The notes under the pieces are model-generated. The model was not told where the DNA came from. It saw only the letters and a program-made list of their open reading frames with translations, and did no database searches. Shown in pieces: positions 14,601 to 26,713 of a stretch of 64,000 bases of DNA. Made by a program: the position numbers and the translations under genes. How positions within the stretch are numbered: position 1 is the stretch's first letter; every line of letters starts with the position of its first letter. The stretch is from Vicugna vicugna (taxonomy: Eukaryota). The stretch covers positions 1,065,674-1,129,673 of the forward strand of contig MU057651.1 in assembly GCA_013265495.1 (NCBI GenBank). Direction: 5' to 3'.

Positions 14601-16366
14601 GGCATTGGAAACAGTCCAGTGCTGTAGAGTTTATCCATCTGACAAGGCCAGGCACACTGTGCCTTATGAACCCAAGCTGTGTTGAAACCCAAGCCAGTGT
14701 TTAACTTATCACTATCTCAGTTCACTCGTATGTCATCCAAGTCTCATGGAAGGAGATGTTCTTTTCAAGCAAGAAATTTTACTGAATGCCATAAATATAA
14801 GCTGTCACCCCATCTCAAAGTTTTCAGGTTTGGTGTTGCTTAAAATACTTCTCTTTTATGGAGAAATTCAAATGCTCTTCAATTGCACAGGCTGTGTTCC
14901 ATCACTGTTTCTGTGTTGGGGGGACAGAGGGATGAAGAATAATTACTCTGGTCAGACAAGAGTACTGAGACAAAAAAAGACACCTCTAACAACGTACAGA
15001 TAGTGTTAACTGAGTAAATGGGTTAAGCCAGCATTTAAAAAATTCACATGAACTGTTATTCATTCAGCAAATGCTTTCATGAGTAGATACTCTGTCAGGA
15101 TTTGTGCTATGTGCTGCTTCAGGAGAAGACAAAGTAGGGTGGTTCATCTCTATCCAGAATTCTGCCTCTTATTCTGACTGCCTTTCATGGATGCCATGGT
15201 TAAGATGCTAGGAAGATTAAGGCTGTAGTTTGACCTCCTTGGACCTCTAAGTCAAAACCCCACAACTGTCACAGTCCTAGAGGATAAACCCTTACACTGC
15301 AGTCTTCATCACATTTCTCAGTCATCAGAGGCAAGGTGCAAAAATATTAAAAAGAGACAAGTTAAAAAGTGAGAAAAGCAAGCAAAAATGGTACTAAGAA
15401 TGTAAACATAGGAGAATTAAAAATAGCCATGAAAATCAGATTAGTCAGCCTCAAAAAGGTCAAATGAGTCAACTTTTCCATGAACTTTCATAGACTATAT
15501 ACTTCTTTCCTCAGCCAAGCCTGGTATTCTTGGACCTCCAAGGCTCTAACCCACTGTGGGAAGGCCGAGGGGTAAACATTAGGGACATGGAAATCCCTAC
15601 ATTGAATCAATGTTGGTGTCTAAGAACAGGAGAAAGAATCTTATGCAGGAATTCAGTAATCATTTGCTTAATGGTCCATTTGTAGGCACTGGGGGATCTA
15701 AAAATGAGATAATGGTTACTCCGCAGCTAAAAAGAATATTCAAAACTGATTATCCAGTGGTGGGTGACACTTAGAAATTCAGGTACAAAGCCAATATCCA
15801 GGAAATATGTTGACGGATAGCTGGGCCCCAACCACTGGGTTAAGGGTTAATGACAGGATCCCTGTCCCAAGAGGACATAGACAGAGTGGAACTGGAGGTA
15901 CTAGATAGTTAAACAAGACAAAATGAGTAATCAGAAAATAAGGCTGCAGGGCAGTTAGAATTGGAACACAAAGTCAGGTCTGCCCTAAAACAAGGTTAAC
16001 CTAATGCCCTTTTCCCAGAGTATTAGACTAGGAGACTGTTAATCCTTCCTGACCAAGGCTAGGTTTGGTCCTTGAGAACAAATGGAGCTGAAGCCTACAG
16101 AAGGAAATCAAGTAACTTCAGCTCTGGGAAAAGGAGAGTACAGAGGCTCTGAAGTAGACAGCATTAGATACTCAAGAGTCCTGCCATCTGATAGGAAGCA
16201 ATAAAAAGAAACAAACCAAGGTTTTATTGGCTCACTGTGTCATCCTTTCCCAGAGCACATTTATATTTTAATCCAAGATAAGAAATAAGTAGAGTGCCCA
16301 TGTAAATATATTTCTGGATGGAGTTGGGGGTAAGGAGTGCAGACAGCAAGAAGAAATCTAGTGTAC

Positions 16367-16736
16367 ATACTCAATATGTGGAATTTAAAAAAAAAGAAGA
16401 AAAGAAAAAAGAGGACACTAATGAACTCATCTACAAAACAGAAACAGACTCACAGACCTGGTAAACAATCTTATGGTTACCAGGGGAAAGGGAGTGGGAG
16501 GGGATAAATTTAGGAGTTTGAGATTTGCAAATGATAACCACTGTATAAAAAATAGATTAAAAACAAATTTCTTCTGTATAGCACAGGGAACTATATTCAA
16601 TATCTTGCAATAACCTTTAATGGAAAAGAATATGAAAAGGAATATATGTATATATATGCATGACTGGAACATTAGGCTGTACACCAGAAATTGATACATT
16701 ATAACTGATTATGCTTCAATTAAATAAAAAGAAAGA
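16367..16736 (+). mobile_element. 5'-truncated L1 3' UTR
   Basis: L1 3' UTR plus A-rich tail. 16-bp TSD AAGAAA(T/C)CTAGTGTAC (16351-16366 / 16737-16752). Confidence 0.9.
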
Positions 16737-17111
16737 AAGAAACCTAGTGTACCTAAATGGCACCTTGTCTAGGCATCCCAGAGATACAAATTTCCCATTT
16801 TTTATAAGGGAGGCATCTGAAATTTTTGCCTGGATTGCATCTTGAGACTATATGCTGGGAAGGTGGACCTTCATAGAGTTGAATCCACTTGCCCATCCCT
16901 ACGTCTGAGAGAAAAAGAAGGCATGGAACAAAGAGGCTGAGGCCCACCCACAGACTTGAAAGCAACCACCTGATGTCCATCTGGATTTAGGTTTTCCATT
17001 TTAGGAGTCAGAAACAGTTGACCAGAAACTATTACATAAGAAGTTGTAAATTTTACAACTTGGCTCTGTGTTTGCTATTTGTGCTTGTTCTCCTGGAGTG
17101 ATCAGCCTTCA

Positions 17112-17332
17112 AACCTGTCAAGCAGCAAACTTTTTTGGTAAGTTATCAGATAGTAAATATCTCAAGTTTTGAGGCCACATGTAGTCTCTTGTCACAACTA
17201 GTCAACTCTGCCACTATAGTGCAAAAGCCATCACAGACAGTATGTAAACCAATGGATGTGGCTGTTCCAATAAAAATTTATTTACAGAATTCCCAGATTT
17301 GGACAGTGGACTGTAGTTTGCCAACACCAGCT
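17112..17332. mobile_element. MER58A-like hAT-Charlie MITE
   Basis: GCAAAC...CAGATAGTAAATAT...CAACTCTGCCACTATAGTGCAAAAGC...GGCTGTTCCAATAAAA...TAGTTTGCCAAC. Confidence 0.8.
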
Positions 17333-18911
17333 CGAGATCCTTAAATGGCTTGTAGGCTTATCATTAGAAGCATCAGCAGAGATGAGAGGCCAGGGTGATT
17401 GCCATCAACTTTACAACCAGGTTTAGCAGGAAAGAGTCCAAGCTTGGCAGCTATGGAGGAAAGGGAAACAGAGACCTCAGGCCCTGCTGCTACAAGGAAA
17501 GAAAGGATCCCAGAAAGTAGGTCTGGCTCTTGGAATAGACACTGAGTTTGAACAGTGGCAGACCCTGTGTGGTGCTCTCTGGGGGTGCCTCACATGGGGC
17601 CTCTGAAATCACAGCACACAACTACCTCCTCTGTTTGTCCATGTGGCCAGTTCTCGAACGGACAAGACACAGATGAAGGAAAAGTGAAGGAGGAAAGGGA
17701 AGTAACTCAAGAAAGCTTGGAAACAAAGAAGCCTTACTTCTTATTGAAACAACTTGGTCAGGAAAAAGTCTGAGAGTGCATAGGGCCCTGGCATAGGGCC
17801 TTGAGCCTAAAGGGAAATTTGAAAAGGCAGGTCACAGTTATAGCAGTTAAAGGAGCACCTAGCAGTCATTAAAAGAACTCTTCTTGAGGTATGAATTGGA
17901 CTGTTGAGTTTTTCTTGAATGGTTTTGAGTGTACAAATGTTACACTTTGTCCTTCAGGGCTCTCAGGGACTAATAAGTGTGCAAACCAACTCTGAACCAT
18001 ACTTAAAATGCAAAATAGATTTATTCGGGTGAAGCAACACATACATATGCTCAGAGATAGTCTATTGGGACATTTTTCTCAACTGTGCCCTGCAAATAAC
18101 AACTAGATTCTAGACACATAGCCAAATTTTGTAGAGTCCAACAATAGTCCCTATGGGAACAAAAACTCTTTCTCACTGTGTCTTCTGACATCTTAGCAGA
18201 CACTCAAAGGTGAGGGCACACAGAAGACAAAAGATTTGTTATCCCAAGGACAGAGGGTTACAATGGAATAACAATCCCAACCTGAGTCTGCTCCAGGTCA
18301 AAACGATCTGATCCTGCTTCTTCTGAACTCTCTCCAGAAAGAGAAAGGCACACCCAAGAGGACTGTTCCAACTTAGTCACAACTATGGGATAAGCCAACT
18401 AAGTAACTTAGGAGGAGGGGGGAGGGGGGTTTACAAAAACACACCCTCAAGCATGTGCGTTCACTCTGGAGCCAAAATGAATCTGAAGAAGAAACAACTC
18501 TTCATTTTCCACTTAGTTCTCATTAAGTTTTCTCTCTGTTGTGTGAGCAGAAGACAGTCTCCTTGGTGAATAAGAAAGGCTTTAAACAGAATCTAGACTG
18601 AGCTCATGAATCAGACATGATGGAAAATCGGTGACTCCAATTCATTAACCCAGGACCGTGACCCTTCAATGGCAGAGAACTAGAAATTCTACTCTCTTGG
18701 TTTATGGGGCCATCTGAAATAAGCTGGGACAATTTAGAAACACTGAGCCTTTTCAAATATACTCAGCTCAATCATGTGTCAGTAGATTTAGCCTGAGTCT
18801 AAAGAGACTTCATTTATTTCAAACTTGTTTGCACAGTTAGAGACATGCTTATATATGTTATGAACCATGTTTCAAACATGGCTTTCCTTATACCAACACC
18901 ATATCCCCAGA

Positions 18912-19005
18912 CGAATGTATGTATGTATATGCATGACTGGGACATTGTGCTGTACACCTGAAATTGACACATTGTAACTGACTGTACTTCAGTTTCAAAA
19001 AAGAG
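18912..19005 (+). mobile_element. Short L1 3' tail
   Basis: TGTACACCTGAAATTGACACATTGTAACTGACTGTACTTCA. TSD ACCATATCC(C/A)CAGA (18898-18911 / 19006-19019). Confidence 0.85.
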
Positions 19006-20599
19006 ACCATATCCACAGAAATAGTCAGCTGTTTTGATTGAATTGACAAGAAACAATTTAGATCTGCTCTACCTGCTAGCTGAGATTTAACTAGTAGTAC
19101 TGATTCCACATTTAATGACCTAAATGAAAAAGTATCCAATGATAATGGCAACAACTTACCATAGGGTCTGTATCTTAAACCAAAGTACGCATCCTTTCCT
19201 CCTTCTTTTCCCTCCTCTTCACTCTGCCAAGAAACCAACAAACTTGTATGGGTAAGCAGTTTTCAAACATTAGTGTTGATAATTAACAACTTTGATATGA
19301 ATTATGAACCAGTGCTTTTTTTAATCAAAGAGTCGTCTAGTTTATTAGTGAAAATTATGTTAATAGTTGTGATTTCACTTTGTCAGACTAGCTTACAGTC
19401 AGAATTGGGCATGGCTCATAACATGCAGGTAGGAAAAAGAGGCAAATGTTGATCTCTTGGTTGATTTATGTCTTGACTCCTCATATCATGGCTGGTGTCC
19501 TGGTTTCCTCAAGAAGAATCGATACGTTATTGACTGATGTCTATCTTCTGGGTTGACTGATCAGAAACAATTTGCTCACCATTATCTGTTCGACAACCAT
19601 CCTCGGGGCTGTTCTGGTGGCTGATTCTATGGCAGTCTCCACTTGGCTTTGACCCTTTTACTCACTTTGGATTCTGAGCCTAACTTTTAGATCATGGCTT
19701 AATAACTCTGACTCCTGACTGGGTGGGCCCCTGGACTGATTTCTCCTGGAAACTTCGTTGGGTGTCCTAATTTCTAACCTTAAACTATGGCTCTGAAATT
19801 GGCTTACACATTTCTGCCCTGTTCCTGATATCTTGGGGAAAAGATTGATCTTCTGATATTTAGCATGAGAAAAGTGTTTGAGTCTATGCAGAAATGTGAC
19901 CAATGTGTTAATTTCCAGTTTTCTTGAACACAGAAGGAAAATAGACTGTTTTTCAATTCCTATAAAAAAGTATAAGGTGTTATAAAGTATTATTCTGGAA
20001 GAGGAAGTAAGCCTAAATAAATTGTGGCAAGAGAAATTTGGTCTTGACAACAAAAATTCCTTCTGCTGTAGTCTGGTATTCTAAGCTATAAAGTGGCGAT
20101 AGTAATGTTTATTTTGCTTGGTTGTGATGAGGATTAAAATGAAATGAGACCATTGCATAGATTGAGGCTGAATACATACTTCAATTAAAACAGCGTTTAT
20201 TGAAAGCTTACCACATGCCAGACACTTACAGTTAGAAAGATGTAGAGAAGAGCTCTTGGGTTAGTGAGTGAAGCATCCGCATCTACAATGTGATGATCAG
20301 AGTGCTGTGAGAGCCCAGAGGAAAAAGAATGACTAAGTGCCTGGGAAAGTTTGAGGTGCGCTAGGATGCATATAATTTTGCCAGCTAGAGAGGACAGAAG
20401 GAGGGTAGGGTGACCTAGGGAGTGTATTCCAAACACAAAAAACAATTTGAAGCAGGACAAGGCCAGATTCAAATGTTAATGACACTAAGCACTTAAAAGA
20501 CATACAGTGCCTCACCCTATATGTAATTCAAAATGAAAATTATGTGTAAGGAAGTACAATTAGGTTCTTAATTTTCCTAAGAAATAATAAATAATGAAC

Positions 20600-20830
20600 A
20601 CTCCTTTACTGCTTACTGTGTTCCAGGCACTGTTATGAGCATTTTACATTTGTTAATGCGTTTAATCTTTACAACAATCCTATGAGACAGATACCATTAT
20701 TAGCCCCCATTTTACAGATGAAAAGACTAGGGCACGTAGAGGTTAAGTAACTTGCCCAAGGTCACATTGCTGATAAGTAACAGAGTCAGGAATTTGACCC
20801 CAGTTTATGTTCTTAATTGCTATGATATAC
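20600..20830 (+). mobile_element. MIR SINE (near full length)
   Basis: CCCCATTTTACAGATGAAAAGACTAGGGCACGTAGAGGTTAAGTAACTTGCCCAAGGTCACA. A second MIR lies at about 21130-21340. Confidence 0.8.
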
Positions 20831-21633
20831 AGCCTCTTCAAGATGACACACCTCTCTCTAGCTCTGTCTCTGTCTCATGTGTATGTGTCTCTCCCTCCTT
20901 CCTTCCTTCTTTTCTTATTTCCTTTTTTCTTAGAAGTCAAATATCAGCAACGTGGCCCCCGTAGCACCTTTGTTTTCTTAAACATAACTTTAGACTTTAT
21001 TCAAGTGTATGAATGCTTCTCAAACTGGGATATGTCATCATATACTGAGGGTATATGAAGTTACAGGATAAGTGAGGCTCATCTTCTTGGAGCATCAGTT
21101 TTATTCAAGGGCGTATGGTTATATGGAGCTAAAATTTACTGAACACCTAATATGTCAGGCATTTAATCTTCAAAACAACACGAGGTGGCTAATATTATTA
21201 TTCTCACTTTAGTGATGAGGAAACTGAAGCTTATAAAGACTAAGTAACTTGTCCGAGGTAATAGCTAATAATTGGTGGAGACAACCTAACTTGAAGGTTA
21301 ACTTGAAGCTTGGCCTCACTGATTCCAAGTACTCTTAGCTACTATGCTCCACCTCTTTAAAACACAGAGATATAGTAGAAAGCAAAATTTACAAGCTTAA
21401 TGTTTTGAAGAGATATCAGACTTGTAGCCAGTTACTTTAGGCCAGAAACTCAGATCTCATTGATAGGGTAAAAATTCACTGTCTTCAGTCACTATGGCTA
21501 CTGTTGTAGAGGAAAATGAGAAATCCTCCAAAAATTGTACACACTCAGAATTGGATGAGACTGGTGCACTCAGTGGGCCCATCCGTATTGACTAATGGAT
21601 ATATTATCTTGTGGGCATCTAATTCTGATTCCC

Positions 21634-22184
21634 TGTATTAGTCCTGGTCTCAGTAAGAAGCAGATGGCACATTCAAAATAGGAGAATTCGAGAGATGTTG
21701 AATTAAGGGGTTATTTTCCCCCTAGGTTTATTGAGATATAATTCACACATAAAAGGGACTATTTATATAAAAGTGGATGAGATATAGAGGACACATAATG
21801 GATAGTGCAGTACTCAGAACTAGGAGCAGCAAAGTAATTACCAGCTGAAGGCCTGATGGCACAAGACGAAGGATGCTTACTGGAAGGCAGAGGAGAGCGC
21901 TGTGGAGAAGGCTGCCTTGAGAGAAGCAGTGATCTTTGGTTGAGAGACACAGCCACCCTTAGGAAACCTCACAGTGAGAGAGCCAAAGGAATCAATATTC
22001 TGACTTCCCTCTCCTCCATCCCTCTGACCTCCGGTGGGAGCTTCCTATTAGCCAAAATCAGCCAGATGCCAGAGGGCAAGAGAGCTGGTTGATATAATCT
22101 ATACAGTTCAGATTAGAGAGGCCAGAGAGCAAAGAAAAGGGCAGAGAGGGGATTTGGAGAGGGCAAATAGAAGACATCCAACAC
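21634..22184 (-). mobile_element. ERVL LTR (LTR33-like)
   Basis: Minus-strand start TGTGTTGGATGTCTTCTATTTGCCC; + strand start TGTATTAGTC. Contains a tiny L1-tail insertion at about 21715-21760. Confidence 0.65.
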
Positions 22185-22319
22185 AGTTCCCTTGTGACAA
22201 CACTGTGGCAATGGAGACCTACTAGAATGTCCTGTTACCCCTTTCTGGCCTTACCATGCACAGTCAGCAGAAGTGACCTCCAAGAGATCATTCTAAAGCT
22301 TAGATACTGAAATTCACAA

Positions 22320-22789
22320 TGTATTCATTTAGATAGTGCTAGCTGCTCTCATACATAAACTCCAAATTCTCAGTGACTTAACACGGTAAAAGTAGTTCCC
22401 AGTCCTGTGTAAGTGTTCCTGGTTGCTGAGGGCTCACGTCGACCTCGAGAATCCAGATCATTCCAGCTCATCCTTCTGCCCTCCCCTGGGCCCTTTGAGT
22501 TCTCCCTATTCGGTCAGTAGCTAGGGAGACAGAGTAAAGTCACTGCCTCTTAACTACTTTGGCCTGAAAATGACACAAAGCAATTCCTCTAAAATTCAAC
22601 GAAATGTGAGCTGTCTCCATCTAGATGTGAAATGGGGTTGGGAAATGCAGTCCCTAGTCACATGACCCAGCTAGACGTGAAAGGGGCTAGAAATGCAGTC
22701 TCTGGCTAGATAGCCACTATCTGACAGCAACACTACAACATGGACTGGGAGCAGGAATCTTTGGGAATCTTGTAGACATCTTTGCCACA
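22320..22789 (-). mobile_element. MaLR LTR (MLT1 family)
   Basis: CTCAGTGACTTAACAC...GGGAAATGCAGTC...TCTTTGCCACA, with an internal ~50-bp duplication at 22621-22710. Confidence 0.6.
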
Positions 22790-23154
22790 GGTAGCTCTGC
22801 AGACTGAACTCTAAGTTCTTCATACAGATTGGCAAATAGCCTATCAGCTGTTTAATCAAGCAGGAATTTCAGGCTGTTTTAATGGCAGGCACTAGGCGGG
22901 AGAAAAGGGAAGGATAAGGCATGGTAACTATGTGTTAAAAGGCATGGTAAACGACTTAAGGCATCTGAAAAGCATCCAGATAAAAAAACTAAAATGAATA
23001 AATTATTCAACAGTTTGCCAGTTTTTCATGCTTGGGACTGTGGAAACATAAACATATGACTGATGGATTTAGGTTATTCCTTTTTTCGTCTAGATATTTG
23101 CAGTCTCTCCACACAGACTCTAATTCTATCACTTTGATTAAAATGATCCATCAA

Positions 23155-23289
23155 GGGGGAAGGTATAGCTCAAGTGGTAGAGCATATGCTTAGCATATAC
23201 AAGGTCCTGGGTTCAATCTCCAGTACCTCCTCTAAAAATAAAAAATAAACCAGATTAACTCCCACTGACCCCCCTAAAAAAACTTTTAA
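23155..23289 (+). mobile_element. tRNA-Ala-derived camelid SINE (Vic-1-like), full length
   Basis: Head GGGGGAAGGTATAGCTCAAGTGGTAGAGCATATGCTTAGCAT...GGTTCAATCTCCAGTACCTCC (A box, AGC anticodon, B box) followed by an A-rich tail. Perfect 15-bp TSD AAAATGATCCATCAA (23140-23154 / 23290-23304). Confidence 0.9.
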
Positions 23290-24907
23290 AAAATGATCCA
23301 TCAATTTTGTTAAACTATCAGTAAACTATTTGGATATTCAGAAAATACAGTCAAGCATTGTGTCTGTAGCTGTAGCAACAGCCTTGGATCTCCTAGTCAC
23401 TACAGACTAGCCCTCTCATCCCCTGCTCAGTATCCTCAAGCCATTCATTTAATCCCAAGGAGTAGTTATTAAGGAGCCTAATTTTGTTATCTCATGAAAA
23501 AAAAAAGAATTCCAATTAGTTACATATAATTTTACCCAAAGGTTCAAACCTCTTATTCGATTTCTATTGACTTAGGATTTTTCTTTTTCCCTTCCATACA
23601 TCCTTTAAGGACACCTTCCTTATTTTATTCTCTGAGACTGAATTTTGTTAAAAAGGGCAGTGACACACAGGTCAAGTTTGTTTTGTAAAAGCCAAAAGCC
23701 GCCTGGCAGAACAATTAGCAAGGGGACTGTGAGAAAGGCTGGAATCCACAGATATAGACAAACATCTGCATTCCTGACATGCCAATCTCATGTTTTGCTG
23801 GGGGAAAAAAGTTACACTTCTAATGATGTGAATATGTGAATTTTTTCTTTCTCCTTTAGATGAAGAAAAAGCTGTAATGGGGTTTAAAATAAATAAAGCA
23901 GTAGCTACTGCCCAGCCTGCCAATGACGACATGGAGCAAACTACATAAAGAGCCTGGATAATTGAAATCCACAGTTATTTTAAAGCCTTAAAAATTAGTC
24001 TGCCAAATTTTCAACTTCCTCCTCTACCCAGCCAAGAGCTGTTCACCAGAAGCAAGACCAGCTCCTTTAAATCTCAACTTCTTTTCCTGGCCTTTCTTTA
24101 CAAGATACTCATTAGCAGTGAAAGGGTTATAGATTTATGATAAAAGAAAGGGGACCTTAGAGCTGATTACAAACTCTAGATGATGGAGAGATTACCATGG
24201 CCCCAGCCATACAATGCTGATCAGATGAAATCAAAATAAAACATCTTACAGAAGTCACCGGACGGGGCTCTGTGACTGGCCACACTTCCTCTAGTACAGC
24301 CTCATCATTTCAAAGTAAATGAGAAAGGGCCTTAAAATATGGTACAGGAGGGAAGAAGGGATTCACACCAGTCCAGCCAACCTTGTATTTACATAGAACA
24401 GGTGGCCATTTTTGGAATGTTCTTTCAGTGTTCCAGGAAGGTCCTTTGGTCCAAACCAGCTATTCTTCCCCATTTCTGTACCTAAATTTCTCTTAACAAA
24501 GCCAAGATCTTCTTTCCCACAGGTAGAAGTAAAATGAAAATACTAACCCTGTGAGAGTGCCAGAATGCTGATATCCACCAGATCTTTGAATGACGAGATT
24601 AAGAGAAAAAGAAGACCTGGGAGCTCAGAGACCATGCTCTTCAGATTTCTCCTTCAAGCTCTTCAATTTCTCTGAGGAGGAAACAGTAAAAAGAAGATTC
24701 AGGCAGTGAGAAAGACAAGCTAGACAAGAACCAGTAAGGGCTTAAGATCCTAAAGGGTTGCCAGAGCTGACTACGATGTTTTGAAGTTTCATATGTGGCT
24801 AAGAATGGATCCATTTTTATTTTTCCTGCTTCAGTTTCAGTGGACATTTTCACTTGTGTCTGTGTTCAATTCTGGAAAATTCTCAACCATTAAAATCATG
24901 CCTTCTC

Positions 24908-25243
24908 ATTTGGGGTTAACAGATACCCACTACTATACATAAAATAGATAAACAACAGGATACTGCTGTGTAGCACAGGGAACTATATTCAATATCTTAT
25001 AATAGCTTATAATGTAAAATAATATGAAAAAATATATAAATGTATAACTGAATCACTATGTTGTACACCATAAACTAACATAACATTGTAAATCAACTAT
25101 ACTTCCATAATCCCCAGTACCTTCTCTAAAAAAAATAATAATAATAAATAAACTTAATTACCTCCCCCAAGAAAAAAAATGAAAAAAAAATTAAATATAT
25201 ATTAAAAGCTACACTTCAATCAAAAATAAAATAAAATAAAAAT
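24908..25243 (+). mobile_element. L1 3' UTR with a nested 5'-truncated Vic-1-like SINE (about 25108-25190)
   Basis: The L1 tail ...GTAAATCAACTATACTTC is followed by AATCCCCAGTACCTTCTCTAAAA...AATTACCTCCCCC (SINE 3' half, compare 23215-23280), then resumes CTACACTTCAAT plus an A-rich tail. Confidence 0.75.
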
Positions 25244-25469
25244 ATTTTCTCTTCCTGGAACTCCTATTAGATAAAAGTTATAACTTCTCATTCTATCCTT
25301 CATATCTCTTTCATGTTTTCTCCCTGGCTCTCTGTCCTACATTCAGGGTGATTTCCTCACTGAGAGATCTCTTTGAATGAAATCTCTCATTCAGGTCAGT
25401 AATTCTCCCTTCAGTGATGTCTGGTCTATTGCTGTATGTATCTACTGAGTTTTTGTGTTCAACAATATT

Positions 25470-26460
25470 TTTTATAAACTAACTTTATTGACGTCAAATG
25501 TACATACAATAAAATGCACCCATTTAAATATGTGGTTTGATGACAAATGTATATACTCCTGTAACAATCACTCCAATCAAGATACAGAACATTTCCATCA
25601 CACCAGAAAGTTCCTTCACACTCCTTTGCAGTCCACCTCCCTCAAGTCTAAAGCAATCACTAATGTTATTTATATATCACAGATTAGTTTTGGCTGATCT
25701 AGAATACGATATATATGAAAACATACAGTATGTATTCTTTTGTGCTGGTTTCTTTTGTTCAACATACTGCTTTTGAAATTCACCCATGTTGTTGACAGTA
25801 TCAGAAGTTTATTCCTTTTTATTGCCAAGTAGTATTCCATTTAAGGATATGCCAGTTTATCTATTCACTAGTTTATGGACATTTAGATTGTTTCCAACTT
25901 TTAACTATTACAAATAAATCTGCTATGAACATTTGTATGCAGGTCTTTGTGTGAACATATGTTTTCATTTCTATTGGGTAAATACTTCCAAATGGAATTA
26001 CTGAATCATGACTAGGTGTATTTTAAACTTCATAGGAAACTACCAAAATATTTTACAAAGTGGCTGTGTCATTTTAATATGCACTCATAATGTATGAGAG
26101 TTCTAGTTGCTCTACCACCTCACCTACACTTGTTATTGTGAGTCTCTTTAATTTTTTATCCATTCTAGTGACTGTGATATGGTATCTCATTATTTTAATT
26201 TGCATTTCCCTAGTAACTAATTATTTTAGATGACTTTTCATGTACTTTTAGGCCAATTAGCTATTCATATATTCTTTGATGAAGTATCTGTTCAAGTCAT
26301 TTGCCCATTTTTTAAAACTTAGGTTGTTTGACCTCTAAGTATTGAATTGTAAGAGCTCTTTATAATACTGAATAAAGGTCTTTAAGACTATTTTCTCACA
26401 AAATGTGTTATGCACTTTTCTTAACTGTATCATTTGAAAACCAGATTTTTAAAAAATTTA
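25470..26460 (-). mobile_element. Old L1M (MB8/ME1-like) 3' region
   Basis: CAAGATACAGAACATTTCCATCACACCAGAAAGTTCC; GGACATTTAGATTGTTTCC; GGTATCTCATT..TTTAATTTGCATTTCCCT. Confidence 0.8.
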
Positions 26461-26468
26461 TTTAAAAG

Positions 26469-26695
26469 TGCTAAAAGGTTAATTTTATGTGCAAACTTGA
26501 TTGGGCCATAGGTGCCCAGACACTTGGTCAAATATTATTCTGGGTGCGTCTATGAGGAGACTGAGTAAAGCAGATTGCTTTCCCTAATATGGGTACGCTT
26601 TATCCAATCAGTTCAAGGTCAGAATAAAATAAAAGGGTTACCTTCCCTTGAGTAACAGGGAACCCTTCTGTTTGACTGCTTTAAGCTGGAACACA
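26469..26695 (+). mobile_element. MLT2-type ERV-L LTR, 5' part only
   Basis: GGTTAATTTTATGTGCAAACTTGATTGGGCCA..GTGCCCAGA..TTGGTCAAATATTATTCTGGGTG..GACTGAGTAAAGCAGATTG. Confidence 0.8.
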
Positions 26696-26713
26696 TAGGG
26701 TTAGGGTTGGGTT

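Noticed and set aside
15780..17900. Possible ancient gypsy-type LTR or internal remnants around the L1 and MER58 insertions
   Set aside because: Compositional impression only; no termini, TSD or protein motif could be fixed.
23155..23232. tRNA-Ala gene
   Set aside because: The acceptor stem is altered, and the A-rich tail and TSD show it is a SINE.
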